Shown one piece after another: positions 20,294 through 30,156 of a stretch of DNA of 64,000 nt. How positions within the stretch are numbered: position 1 is the stretch's first letter; the number at the start of each line of letters is the position of its first letter. The notes under the pieces are model-generated. The model worked only from the letters and a program-made list of their open reading frames with translations, was not told the origin of the DNA and did no database searches. The DNA is from Pseudomonadota bacterium. Its GTDB lineage: Bacteria > Pseudomonadota > Alphaproteobacteria > Rhodobacterales > Rhodobacteraceae. The position numbers and the translations under genes were made by a program. Where the stretch lies: positions 28,521-92,520 of the forward strand of contig JBCDLH010000004.1 in the NCBI GenBank assembly GCA_038745585.1, in the 5' to 3' direction.

Positions 20294-20843
20294 AAACCTT
20301 CTTCGCTGAGCAACTGAACCGAGCAATTCTTCTGCGGGTCTGGCTGTCTGAGATGCGCCTTCTGGTTGGCGCGGGCGATTGTTCGAGAGAAACGCGGTCT
20401 TGACTCTCGGGCTGCTCGGACAACGTTCGACTGGAGCGCTGAGCGGTTGAATTGACAGCTCAGTTGGTCGGTTCCTCGCCTCTCATGCTCTGGAGAACAT
20501 CGCACGTCACCTGGAGATGCAAACACGGCCCACGGGCGCTCTTGAAGCCTCGCCACGGCATTGTGTACGCAAACACCAAGTATCTCCGTAGACGCGTCAA
20601 CGACGAAAACACTGGTCCTTCCCTGACTCGGATCTGGCACCAGGCCGTGGGGTCGTCAGCGCAGCGGCGCGCCTACTCCACATATGCACAAGGGCCGTTG
20701 ACGATTTCACTGAAGAGGTAAATGCGAGGTTACCTCACCCGCCCGATGCCGTAAGGCCCGCTCAACGCGCCGCCCCTAGAACCCCACGCCGATTGCTGTC
20801 GCGAAGTTAAGGCTTGGCGAGGTGTCCTGAGCGGGGGTGTGGA

Positions 20844-21845
20844 ATGGGCTTTGGAATTGGGTTCGGCTTCGATCTAGGACGGTGGCGACCACTCGGCGGA
20901 CCAAAGAGCGGGCCTACAATCACGGCGCCAGGTACACTCGATGTGGATACGTTTCGGATCGGAACGTCACACACCGTGAGCGTTGGACAGGCCGTCCCCT
21001 CTGGCGGCGGCTCCGTTTCCTACGAGTCCCGTTGGATTGTAGGGCCGGCAGAGCTGCCGCAGGCCAGTTACACGCCCAAGGCCCCAGACGATGGCCTCGC
21101 AATCGCGGCTCAGTGGCGCGCCGTGGAAACAGGCGGATCGAACGACGGGGCAAGCTTTTGGCAAACCGCGGGTGCGGGCAATGTCTCATACGCCCCACCG
21201 AGCCTGTCGGCGTCGCATGACCTTGTTGGTCGCGTCTTGAACATCACCTTGGACAGCGTCTCCGAAGAGGCGAGCGCCGCCCTCACGGCGCTGGAACTCG
21301 AAGGTGCCAACGTCCTCTCTGAAGTGGTCGGATCCGGACCGTGGAGCTACGCCGTTCCTTCTTCGCTTGGGGCGGCGCAAGTTGAATGGACCGTCGAAGC
21401 GACGAATTCGGGCGGGTCGGCGACAGTCAATGGGAGCGTCACAGTCCCGGCAGATCTTATGGCACCCGCCGCCCTTGGCGGCCTCGACGATCTGTCTGTG
21501 GCCATCGGCAGCCCCATCGAACCACTCGATGCTGCGCAGGACTTCTCTGGCACGGCGCCGATCAGCTATGCGCTCGCGTCGACATCTGCTGCGCTCCCGC
21601 CCGGTTTAGCGCTTAGCAGCAACGGCGTCATCACCGGCACACCGACTGCCATTGTCAGCCGAACCATCTTGATCCGAGGGACCAATGGCTATGGCGCGGA
21701 TGAGACCGGCTTTCTGCTGACCGTCACCGCGGCTCAAGCCTGGAACATCGCGGGTGGCACAAACGAGATCGGCGTTTTCGCAGCGCCCACCATTCTCGCC
21801 CCAACCGCGTCAGGCGGCGCGGGCGAAATCTCATTCACGGAGTGA
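20844..21845 (+). CDS. Ig-like (He_PIG-type) repeat protein, hypothetical
   Basis: The C-terminal motif ALPPGLALSSNGVITGTPTAIVSRTILIRGTNGYGADETGFLLTV is the classic 'putative Ig domain' pattern. The start is taken at ATG 20844 rather than the upstream TTG. It lies 3 nt before the next gene. Confidence 0.65.
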   Translation: MGFGIGFGFDLGRWRPLGGPKSGPTITAPGTLDVDTFRIGTSHTVSVGQAVPSGGGSVSYESRWIVGPAELPQASYTPKAPDDGLAIAAQWRAVETGGSNDGASFWQTAGAGNVSYAPPSLSASHDLVGRVLNITLDSVSEEASAALTALELEGANVLSEVVGSGPWSYAVPSSLGAAQVEWTVEATNSGGSATVNGSVTVPADLMAPAALGGLDDLSVAIGSPIEPLDAAQDFSGTAPISYALASTSAALPPGLALSSNGVITGTPTAIVSRTILIRGTNGYGADETGFLLTVTAAQAWNIAGGTNEIGVFAAPTILAPTASGGAGEISFTE

Positions 21846-21848
21846 CCC

Positions 21849-23369
21849 ATGCCATTTGTCATTCGCCCCGCAGGGGACACAGACCTAAGCCACGCGCAGA
21901 TCTTTGAGGAGACGGGCTTTCCACAAGTCGTACCCGGTTTTGCAGCGGGGGCTTACGAAGTCGGTCGTCTGACCTGGGCGCCCGGACCTGTGAGCGTCAC
22001 CGAAGCCGTCGCGGCGCCTGTCGCTGCAGGCGGCGTTGGAGCTCAGAGCTATGTCGAAGGGACGGAAATCCCTGCGCTCGACATTTCCACCGATTTCACT
22101 GGCGACAACCTCAGCTTTGTCCTTGCCCCAGGCTCGGATCCACTGCCGAGCGGCCTGACGCTGTCCGTTGCGGGCCTGCTCCAAGGGATCCCAACTGAGC
22201 AAGTCTCGGGGCGAACGATCATCGTTCGAGGAACCAACTCGATTGGGCACGATGACACCGCCTTTTCAATCGATGTGGCTGCGTCGCTACCCCATGTGGG
22301 CACAGCAAGCACGCCATCGACGCTCTTTCAACGAGAGCTCGACAAGAGCTTTAGCACCAGCACGATTACAATCGTCAACCGCTTCCCCGGCGCCGACTTT
22401 GCAGGACGGAGTGACCTCCGCTTGCAGCTTCGCGGGCCCGTAGATGCTGTTTATATCGGCCACCAAAAGGGCGTTAGCGGCGACGACGCATACAACTTCG
22501 CGGCACAACCAGAGCAGGTTCTATTCGGCGGGTCGGGGATATTGGGCCAAGCGATCAGCGATAGCGCTGTGAGCGATGCAATCGCGTTTGTGCCGAACGG
22601 AACGGACAATGTTCTGATCGCTATAGAGATCGATGCAGCCAAGACATATTCCTACGGCGACGACGCTGCACAAGCCTTGCCGACGTTCTACAACCTTAAC
22701 GTGGTTGAAGCCGGAAGCATCGGCAAGACCGGCTACTCCTCGACCGGGGCGACATCGAACACATACGCAGTCGAACGCATACTGAGTTACGACCCGCCGG
22801 CGGCCATCTATCCGGGAAAGATTATCTTTGACGGCAACTCCATCGTCAACGGCTTCAACGTCAATCCGGGTGAAGACTTTCCTACGCTGGTCGCAGACTT
22901 GACAGGCGCGGCGGTCATCGAGGTTGGCGTGAACTCCCACACAACGGCTGAGCGGCGCGCTGCAAACGACACGGCGCCCCATTATGCGCCGGGCTCGACA
23001 GCCGTACTCTTTGAGATCACCAACGATCTTTACTTCGGCGCTGATGCTGCAACGGCGCAGGCCAACTATCAGGGATGGTGCGAAGATGTTCGCGGTTTGG
23101 GCTACGCTGTCTTTGCGTGCACAGTTCTTCCCCGCTCAAACCCTGGCACGCCGACAAGCTTTGAAAACGACCGTCAGACCGTGAATGCCTGGCTCCGGGC
23201 GAATTACGGATCCTTCGCAGACGGGCTAATCGATTTCGCCGCGGACTCGTCGATCGGCGACGCCGGTGATGAGACCAACCGTACCTACTACGCCGATGAC
23301 GTTCACCCCGGACCAGCGGGTCACGCTGTTCTGGCCGAACTGACCCGTGCCGCACTTAATATGGCCTAG
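21849..23369 (+). CDS. Ig-like (He_PIG-type) domain protein with C-terminal SGNH/GDSL hydrolase domain
   Basis: DPLPSGLTLSVAGLLQGIPTEQVSGRTIIVRGTNSIGHDDTAFSIDV (Ig-like). The C-terminus has KIIFDGNSIVNG (block I) and YADDVHPGPAGH (block V DxxH). Confidence 0.7.
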   Translation: MPFVIRPAGDTDLSHAQIFEETGFPQVVPGFAAGAYEVGRLTWAPGPVSVTEAVAAPVAAGGVGAQSYVEGTEIPALDISTDFTGDNLSFVLAPGSDPLPSGLTLSVAGLLQGIPTEQVSGRTIIVRGTNSIGHDDTAFSIDVAASLPHVGTASTPSTLFQRELDKSFSTSTITIVNRFPGADFAGRSDLRLQLRGPVDAVYIGHQKGVSGDDAYNFAAQPEQVLFGGSGILGQAISDSAVSDAIAFVPNGTDNVLIAIEIDAAKTYSYGDDAAQALPTFYNLNVVEAGSIGKTGYSSTGATSNTYAVERILSYDPPAAIYPGKIIFDGNSIVNGFNVNPGEDFPTLVADLTGAAVIEVGVNSHTTAERRAANDTAPHYAPGSTAVLFEITNDLYFGADAATAQANYQGWCEDVRGLGYAVFACTVLPRSNPGTPTSFENDRQTVNAWLRANYGSFADGLIDFAADSSIGDAGDETNRTYYADDVHPGPAGHAVLAELTRAALNMA

Positions 23370-23403
23370 GCCCGGTACAGGCGCGGCCGTGCGGTTCTTT
23401 TTT
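23347..23403 (+). terminator. possible intrinsic terminator between convergent genes
   Basis: CCGCAC (23350-23355) can pair with GTGCGG (23389-23394) around the GC-rich palindrome GGCCTAGGCC, followed directly by TTCTTTTTT. No folding energy was computed. Confidence 0.3.
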
Positions 23404-23457
23404 GGGCGGGAACGCTGGCGCCTCAGCTGCTTCCTCCGGAGCGATCGACGTGGCCGG

Positions 23458-25782
23458 TCACGCTTCATAGTAGTCGCGATAGCGGCCTTTGTAATACGCA
23501 TAGCCGTCATAGGCATACCGCGCGGCGCGCTGCTCGTTGACGAGGGTCATTGCGACGCCCGTTAGCGGGGCGTTTACGGATGCCAATTCTCGAAGACCTT
23601 CCTTGACCGCAGCACGGGGCGTACTGTCCCACCGGACGCAAAAGACCACGGCGTCGGCGAGGCCAGCGACGATACGCGCATCGGTCACGACGAGAGTGGG
23701 GGGCGTATCGAGCACGACAAGATCGTATTGCTGAGCAAGATCCTCGATAAGTTGACTGAACCGCTCTGAAGCGAGCACATCGGCAGCGTTGATTTTTGCA
23801 ACGCGCTCGGATGCTTGCGTCATCAGCACGTGGAGCCCCGTCTCCGGCTCGACGTATATTGCGTCATCAATTGCGGCGCTTTCGTCGATCACGGACAGCA
23901 GGCCTGGGCGATCCCCCGATACCTGTAGAACCTTGCCCAAGGCAGGCATGCGAAGATCGCAGTCCACGATAATGGCGGATCTTCCCATCTGACGCGAGGT
24001 GAGTGCCGTGAGCATTGAGGTCGTTGATTTACCTTCACGTGGAACAGACGATGAGAACATCACGACATTGGGCGGCGCATCCACATTGGAAAAGAGGATC
24101 GAAGTTCGCAAGTTGCGGATCGCTTCGGCCAGCGATGAGTTCGGTTTGCTACGAAGCGTTCGGACGACGTCCGCTCGCTGCATCCTGGTGCCTGCCCTGG
24201 GAACTGTCGCCAGAACCGGAACCCCCAACAACTCTTCGAGCTGAACGGGGCTGCGAAAGCTGTTATTGAGCTTGTCGAGCAAAAAGACGAGACCAATACC
24301 CGTCCCAATGCCCGCCAGAACGGCGACGGCCATCGTACGGTTTCGCGCGGTTGTGATGGGGCGAAGCGGCACCTTAGCCTGCGTCAAGATCCGTGCATCA
24401 GCGCTTTGCAAATCCTCTTGCGCATTCGTCTCCTGCAATCGGGCGAGGAGGTTTTCGTAGAGGATTCGGTTGGCTTGCGCTTCACGCTCGAGGTTTCGGA
24501 TCTCGACCGAGCGTGTCGAAAGCTGCAACTCTTGTGCTTCGAGTGTCGCGATCTCCTGGTCGAGCTGTGCAGCGCGGGCTGTGGCAACGTTGAGCGAAAG
24601 GCGCAGGTTTTCGAGAATGCGCCCAGCCTCGTCCCGGATGTTGTTGCGGACGTCATCGACCACGTCGGCGATGCGCTGACGGCTCGGATGATTGGGCAGG
24701 AGTGTTGCCGCGAGGCGATCATCTTCGAGGAAAAGCTCGTCCTCCCGCTGTAATAGAACTTCGATCTTCGGTGCATCGCGAAACTCGGGCAAAGAGCCAA
24801 TCTCCTGAGGCGATGCGAGTGCCATGTTTAGCCGTTCGTATTGTGCTTTGAGTTCCACAGCTTCAGTCATCGCAAGGTCCCGCGCTGTGGTGCGTGCTCT
24901 CAGGGTTTGCTGCAACACGTCGAGGCTGGCTCCGACCTCTTCTGCCGCGCTTGCCCGCGCAGCCAAAACAGCCGACTCTGTGGTCTCGACACGGTCCTGC
25001 AACTCAGAAACACGCTCCGTCAGCCATGTCGTGGCCGAGCGAAAGGTCTGCAGTTTGCCTTCCAATTGGTCGACGATGTACTGCTCGGCAATAGAGTTGA
25101 CGACGGCGGCGGAGACCCTGGGGTCGAAAGACAGAAAGCTGATCTGAATGACACGCGAGTTGTCGATCGGTTCGAGGCTCAGACCCTGTAATACGTTGTC
25201 CACTACGAGGTCGTTGACGCGTTCTGCGGCGCGTGCGGCGTCAAGCGGCAGCAAAGGCGGCTCTGGCCAGCGAAGGAGCCCCGCCGCGACAAGCAAATCC
25301 TCAAACTCCGGCGGGAGGGCTATCCAATCGCGCCAAGACGAGTCCGGCTCGGCGATAAGTGTCGGATTAAAGCTGGGTGCGTGTACCAGCCCCAAGTCAT
25401 CCACGACACGTTGGATAAGCGACGTGGATCGCAATACCTCTATTTGATCTTGCAGCGGAGCCTGCGCCGTCGTGCTTCCCACGACCGCTTCGCCCGCTTC
25501 GATGTTGGCCCGAGGCGCGTCGAACATGACCTTGGTTGTCGCGCGGTACAGGTCAGGTTGCTGCGTCGTGAGCAATGACCCAATGATCGCGGAAAAGACG
25601 AGGGAGATCAGCATGATCCATTTGCCACGCCAGAGGATCGCCAGCGTCTCCCGAAGGTCAACCTCGTCGTTTGCTTCGGGCAGCCCGAGTCGCAGCCCGG
25701 GTCGAACGTTGCTCCGCGAGCGGGGTGGCGACGGTGGCCCAGGGGGAGCCGGCGGCGGGGGGACTGTTTTGATCAGTTCCAT
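23458..25782 (-). CDS. polysaccharide co-polymerase / tyrosine autokinase (Wzc/ExoP-like)
   Basis: 774-aa ORF with an N-terminal Wzz-like TM segment (WIMLISLVFSAIIGSLL) and long coiled coils. The C-terminal P-loop domain has SSVPREGKSTTS and VVLDTPP, and the tail YAYDGYAYYKGRYRDYYEA is Tyr-rich. Confidence 0.9.
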   Translation of the reverse strand: MELIKTVPPPPAPPGPPSPPRSRSNVRPGLRLGLPEANDEVDLRETLAILWRGKWIMLISLVFSAIIGSLLTTQQPDLYRATTKVMFDAPRANIEAGEAVVGSTTAQAPLQDQIEVLRSTSLIQRVVDDLGLVHAPSFNPTLIAEPDSSWRDWIALPPEFEDLLVAAGLLRWPEPPLLPLDAARAAERVNDLVVDNVLQGLSLEPIDNSRVIQISFLSFDPRVSAAVVNSIAEQYIVDQLEGKLQTFRSATTWLTERVSELQDRVETTESAVLAARASAAEEVGASLDVLQQTLRARTTARDLAMTEAVELKAQYERLNMALASPQEIGSLPEFRDAPKIEVLLQREDELFLEDDRLAATLLPNHPSRQRIADVVDDVRNNIRDEAGRILENLRLSLNVATARAAQLDQEIATLEAQELQLSTRSVEIRNLEREAQANRILYENLLARLQETNAQEDLQSADARILTQAKVPLRPITTARNRTMAVAVLAGIGTGIGLVFLLDKLNNSFRSPVQLEELLGVPVLATVPRAGTRMQRADVVRTLRSKPNSSLAEAIRNLRTSILFSNVDAPPNVVMFSSSVPREGKSTTSMLTALTSRQMGRSAIIVDCDLRMPALGKVLQVSGDRPGLLSVIDESAAIDDAIYVEPETGLHVLMTQASERVAKINAADVLASERFSQLIEDLAQQYDLVVLDTPPTLVVTDARIVAGLADAVVFCVRWDSTPRAAVKEGLRELASVNAPLTGVAMTLVNEQRAARYAYDGYAYYKGRYRDYYEA

Positions 25783-25988
25783 GGGGCCTCAATCGCGCGC
25801 ACCAGAGATCGCGCCTGGTCGCAGTCGGTGTCGCATCCGTGCGAACGCGCGCACGCTTGCGAAGGGTCCATGGCTTTCGCTCCTCTTCGCTTTAGGCCGC
25901 AAAACCGTGGCAAAGGATCACGCTCGCAAGAAAGCGCCACCTCTCGTGCCAGGGTGAGCGCAGAGTGCAAATGATCGTACGGCACGGG

Positions 25989-27077
25989 CTAGTTTGCGAG
26001 CACCTCCCCGGTGGATCTTGCATTGATGAGGCTCTCAAATGGGTCAATGATCTTGCTAAGCGTGTCGTTCCAACGCGTTGCCGGATCGTTTGTAACGAAA
26101 ACGATATCGAGCGGCGCCATGCCAAATTCCGCGGCGAGCACCAGCGCTGCAGCGTCGGTCAGGTTGAACTGGTAGACATCGAAGCCGCGCCGCGCCGCGT
26201 CGTCTCTGCGAAAGACAAAGATGCCCCGCGCGTCGGCACGCACACGGTCAATCCCTCCAGCCTCGGCGAGCACTTCGAGAAGCGTTTTACGCGCCAGGGT
26301 AAGCTGGATCTCCCCGACCTGGATCTCGCCAAAGGTAAACACCTTATTTTCAGAGGCAACTGGCACAAAAACAAAGTCGTCGGGCAAAAGCACGGGATTG
26401 TCGTGCGGACTCCCGTTGGCCAGAAAGCTCAACAAGTTGACCTCAAAGCGGCTGCCACCGCGGCGTATCTCGATCCGCGAAGAGTCTGCATCCGCGGCCA
26501 ACCCAGCAACGTTCACAGCATCGACCAACCGCATCGGGATGTTGGTGAGCGATTGCCGCCCGGGCGTGAGCACAGCGCCGCCCACAATCACGTCATGGGC
26601 GTTGAACTCTTCGACAGCGACTTCGACTTGCGGCGAAGCAAAGAACTCCTCCAGCCGGGTGGTGAGTTCAGAACGGACCTGCCCGACGGTGCGCCCTTCG
26701 GCGCGCACACTTCCAAGGAAGGGATAGAAGAAACGCCCCGTCTCGTCGACGACAGCACTCGCTTTCGGCGTGAACTGCGTGGTGTCTGTGACGCCCGCAG
26801 GATCGGCGAAAAACGTGATCTCAAGGCGGTCGCCAGGGCCCAATCGATAGGTGTAGCGTCCGACGGATGGCGGCGGGTTTGCACCCGGCTGAGCCGATGG
26901 CCGGCGTACCGGCTCTCGAAAGGCTGCGATGTTATCCGTGGTCACACGGATCACCGTGATGTCGCGCGAGGGCAAATCCTCTTGGCCCGGTCGCGTGACT
27001 GGGAATCGGCTGTTTGCACAGCCTGCCACTACAAAAGCGGCACAACTGCACAGCAGCGCATTGCGGCGCGTGATCAT
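25989..27077 (-). CDS. polysaccharide export protein (Wza/ExoF-like)
   Basis: Lipoprotein-like N-terminus (LLCSCAAFVVAGC). YRLGPGDRLEITFF is the Poly_export motif, followed by SLBB-like repeats. Confidence 0.85.
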   Translation of the reverse strand: MITRRNALLCSCAAFVVAGCANSRFPVTRPGQEDLPSRDITVIRVTTDNIAAFREPVRRPSAQPGANPPPSVGRYTYRLGPGDRLEITFFADPAGVTDTTQFTPKASAVVDETGRFFYPFLGSVRAEGRTVGQVRSELTTRLEEFFASPQVEVAVEEFNAHDVIVGGAVLTPGRQSLTNIPMRLVDAVNVAGLAADADSSRIEIRRGGSRFEVNLLSFLANGSPHDNPVLLPDDFVFVPVASENKVFTFGEIQVGEIQLTLARKTLLEVLAEAGGIDRVRADARGIFVFRRDDAARRGFDVYQFNLTDAAALVLAAEFGMAPLDIVFVTNDPATRWNDTLSKIIDPFESLINARSTGEVLAN

Positions 27078-27253
27078 AATACTGACTCTGCCTCTGACGT
27101 CTCACTTGCGGAGACTTTCCGTCAGAGTACCGCTCAGGCCGCTATTCTCAATGACTTGCGACGCCCCCAACGCGGACCCAAACGGCAGAGTGACGTTTGC
27201 GCTACAGCGGTGGTGCTGTTGTGGCGGCCTCGACACGCTAGAACCCGGGGCCA

Positions 27254-27808
27254 TCATGCCGGGACGCGCTGAAGCGACCGGGCCGTGACCTCGGCGCGCA
27301 CGCTCCGCCCCATCACTTCCAACAACACGCCGACTCTTCCGAGCCTGTCGAGGCGCTCGACCTGCGCCAGGAACCCGCTCATGGGACCCGCAGTGATGCG
27401 TGCAATATCCCCAGGCACAACTTCCGTTTCCGGCACGATGACGCCGTCGGTCTGCGTCCGTCTCTGTAACGCCGCGACCACCTCGACGGGCACCGGCTGC
27501 GGCCGATGCGGGCGCTGGAGGACGAGCTGCGACACACCATAGGTGCTGACAATCGGTCGCCATTCTTGCCACGCAAGAATTCGGACAAAGAGATAGCCCG
27601 GAAAGAGCGGCTCGCGCGTTTCCTTGATCCGCCCCCTGTGGCGTCGGCTCTCCAAGACGTTCGGCATAAAGACGCCATAGCCCTGGCGGGACAGGTTGAC
27701 CTTTGCGCGCTCTGCCTGGTTGGGCCGAAGCTGCGCAAGAAACCAACAATCGCATACCTCAACGTCGTTGGCGTGACAGGGGGAGGAGACGGCAGACGGC
27801 ACGTTCAT
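27254..27808 (-). CDS. NusG/RfaH-like specialised transcription antitermination paralogue
   Basis: NGN-like WFLAQLRPNQAERAKVNLSRQGYGVFMP...EPLFPGYLFV and KOW-like VVPGDIARITAGPMSGFLAQVERLD. The ATG lies 3 nt after the stop of the priming transferase gene. Confidence 0.8.
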   Translation of the reverse strand: MNVPSAVSSPCHANDVEVCDCWFLAQLRPNQAERAKVNLSRQGYGVFMPNVLESRRHRGRIKETREPLFPGYLFVRILAWQEWRPIVSTYGVSQLVLQRPHRPQPVPVEVVAALQRRTQTDGVIVPETEVVPGDIARITAGPMSGFLAQVERLDRLGRVGVLLEVMGRSVRAEVTARSLQRVPA

Positions 27809-27811
27809 CGC

Positions 27812-28543
27812 TTACTTCGCTCCAGTTCCGGTGAGGACGACGTATGCCGTCCGCAGGGCTATCCAGAGGTCCAGCCGCCCGCACGACGTCTCAACGTAAA
27901 GTTGGTCGTAATGCGCCTTCTGGACCGTCGCCACGGTTCCCTCTGCATAGCCGGCTTCGACCTGGGCGAGGCCCGTAATCCCGGGTTTGACCATGTAGCG
28001 GTACGCGTAGTGTGGGATCGACCGGAGGTACTGCTTGGCGTGGTCGCTGCTATCCGGACGCGGTCCGATGACGGTCATTTCCCCATTCATCACGTTGATG
28101 AAGTTCGGCAACTCGTCGATACGGCTGTGTCGTAAGAGGCGACCGAGGGGGGTAATCCGTTCCACTTCGAGGGCATCTTCCGCTGAGCGCGGCCGCGTCG
28201 TCTTCGCTGCCTCGCGCATCGTCCTAAATTTCCAAACCAAAAAGGGCCTACGGTACTGCCCAAGCCGCTCTTGACGGAAAAAGATCGGTCCCGGGTTAAG
28301 AAATGGGTTAATGATCAGTAGAGCGCATGCAACGAATCCAATGAATGGAAGCGCAATGGCTGCCATGATTGTGTCCAATACTGCTTTGCAGGCACGGAAG
28401 CGAAACGACCAATGCGCTGGAGGCGCATCAAGTTCTGAATACCTGTGCCGCGAAGGGCCTTGAAATGCTCGTGGCACTGACAACTGTAGATCTACGGGCA
28501 TTGCGAGCTCTTGGTAGAATTGATTCAAGTTGTGTCTATCCAT
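27812..28543 (-). CDS. undecaprenyl-phosphate sugar phosphotransferase (ExoY/WbaP C-terminal type)
   Basis: PGPIFFRQERLGQYRRPFLVWKFRTM...RIDELPNFINVMNGEMTVIGPRP...KPGITGLAQV is the bacterial sugar transferase signature. Confidence 0.9.
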   Translation of the reverse strand: MDRHNLNQFYQELAMPVDLQLSVPRAFQGPSRHRYSELDAPPAHWSFRFRACKAVLDTIMAAIALPFIGFVACALLIINPFLNPGPIFFRQERLGQYRRPFLVWKFRTMREAAKTTRPRSAEDALEVERITPLGRLLRHSRIDELPNFINVMNGEMTVIGPRPDSSDHAKQYLRSIPHYAYRYMVKPGITGLAQVEAGYAEGTVATVQKAHYDQLYVETSCGRLDLWIALRTAYVVLTGTGAK

Positions 28544-28809
28544 TTGCTAGATGCGGTCAAGGACTCGTGGTAAATGAGGCTTTACGAGGGGTGTCCTGGA
28601 GGACTGATAAGCCCTGCTCGGAGTCGCTCAAAAGATGTGCAGAGCTACTCGCTTCCAAAGCGTGCGTTCCCGATACGCCCTTGGCATAGATCCTTTCAGA
28701 TCCAAGACGTCAGAAGACCTGAAACGCAGTGATGATCCCCTGTTTGATCTTACGATTTTTTGAAATTATTTCAGGATAAGACGGTGCATTTCCATTCCGG
28801 AGAGTTAGG

Positions 28810-29427
28810 TTGAGCAACACAATGGCTAGTCTCTTAGCAAGAGTGGCAGCGTTTCTAAGCTTCCTTTCGTTGTTGCTCCCCGCACTTGTCGCATACAATA
28901 GCGTTATCCATCAGGCGCCCGCCTTCAACGATCAGCTCTTGCTGGCTGGCGTGACGGGGGGAAGTCGTCTACGGCATATTCCCGCGATGTATGATCGTGG
29001 TGCATATCTTTTCCAGACAGGATCTGGGTTTCTCAACGCGGACCTCGCTCTCCTCGATGGGGAAGGGGGCGACGTGGGCGCTGCGTCTTATGAAGTTGCA
29101 ACAGCGCGCCTAGAGTTGGCAGCAACTTATCTTACCGAGAGCTTACGTTTCGATCCGTCAAATCCGCTTGCCTGGCAAGGACTTGCACAGGCGTCTCTTG
29201 CCCTGGGTGACCTCCATAACGCCGAGGGGTCATACCTCCGGTCCGTCGCGCTCGCGCCCCATCACGTTGACTTGGCGTTGGCCAGAGTCTTCTTCGTAAG
29301 CGACTTGAGAGAGACGCTCGGAACACCTGCTGCATACGCAAGCAATTACGAAAGAGATCTATTGGTCATTGGAACTCATAATCACGATCTACTTAAACGG
29401 GTGTTAAGCGATATTCAAAAAGACTGA
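28810..29427 (+). CDS. membrane-anchored TPR-like protein (hypothetical)
   Basis: Signal-anchor LARVAAFLSFLSLLLPALVA and TPR-like helices (NPLAWQGLAQASLALGDLHNAEGSYLRSVALAPHH). TTG start with GGAGAG upstream. A+T-richer than its flanks. Confidence 0.5.
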   Translation: MSNTMASLLARVAAFLSFLSLLLPALVAYNSVIHQAPAFNDQLLLAGVTGGSRLRHIPAMYDRGAYLFQTGSGFLNADLALLDGEGGDVGAASYEVATARLELAATYLTESLRFDPSNPLAWQGLAQASLALGDLHNAEGSYLRSVALAPHHVDLALARVFFVSDLRETLGTPAAYASNYERDLLVIGTHNHDLLKRVLSDIQKD

Positions 29428-29538
29428 TATGAATATCGGTCTTCCTGAAAGTGCCCTCGATGCTGGGATCTTACTCCCGTTGGTCCTATGCGGCTACAGG
29501 CCTTTTGAAGAGATCTAAGCCGAGCAAAATTGGAATAC

Positions 29539-29985
29539 CTATTCTAAACGCCCTATTACTATCTGAGACGGGCTATTGAACCTCATCAGCAGAATAAGCA
29601 AATGACGCACTTGCGCATCGCTCATGTCCGGAAGTCGAGCCCTGCTTCTTCGAAGCAAACTCAATCGAACACGAACGCTCAATAATTCAGCAGAGGCAGC
29701 CTGGCGGGCATCGCGTGTTCGAGTGACGTCGAATACGATGTCGCGCAGCGGTCCTTGTCGTTCGCGCAAATGGTTAATACGAGTATTAACGAGAGCACGC
29801 GCCTGCTGACGCAATTCGCTCAATTTAGCATCGAAACTGACGCTTTGCGCACTTGCCGCGATTGGAATCGGTGTCCCGATCAAGCTTAGTAGCGATACCA
29901 GTATTGCTAGAGAGTAAGTCTTAACGCGAAGCAATGAAAATCCAGTCCTTTTTGCGAGATAAATCACCACGCAGCCTGTAGCCAT
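29539..29985 (-). CDS. hypothetical secreted/coiled-coil protein
   Basis: Signal-like segment KTYSLAILVSLLSLIGTPIPIAASAQS, then an Arg-rich helical region. The start is uncertain and no domain was recognised. Confidence 0.35.
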   Translation of the reverse strand: MATGCVVIYLAKRTGFSLLRVKTYSLAILVSLLSLIGTPIPIAASAQSVSFDAKLSELRQQARALVNTRINHLRERQGPLRDIVFDVTRTRDARQAASAELLSVRVRLSLLRRSRARLPDMSDAQVRHLLILLMRFNSPSQIVIGRLE

Positions 29986-30156
29986 AAAGAAGACCCAACC
30001 GCGATCCCAAGATCGACGAGCAATATTAATGATCTGTTAATGAATGCCCCCAAAAAAGCTCCGCAGACTGGAAACGTTGACTGAGGTGCGACCTTTTGCC
30101 CATACTGTGCATTCGCTTGACGTTGCGCATACAACGCAGAAATCAACCCGTAACCC

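Noticed and set aside
28544-28809. ops/JUMPStart element for the NusG paralogue in the EPS operon leader
   Set aside because: No GGCGGTAG-like motif occurs on the transcribed strand, so a recruitment site cannot be asserted.
29421-29442. Hairpin AGACTGATAT-GA-ATATCGGTCT overlapping the stop codon of 28810..29427, considered as a terminator
   Set aside because: The stem is plausible (one G-U pair), but the loop is minimal and no T-run follows on either strand. That is insufficient for a terminator call.
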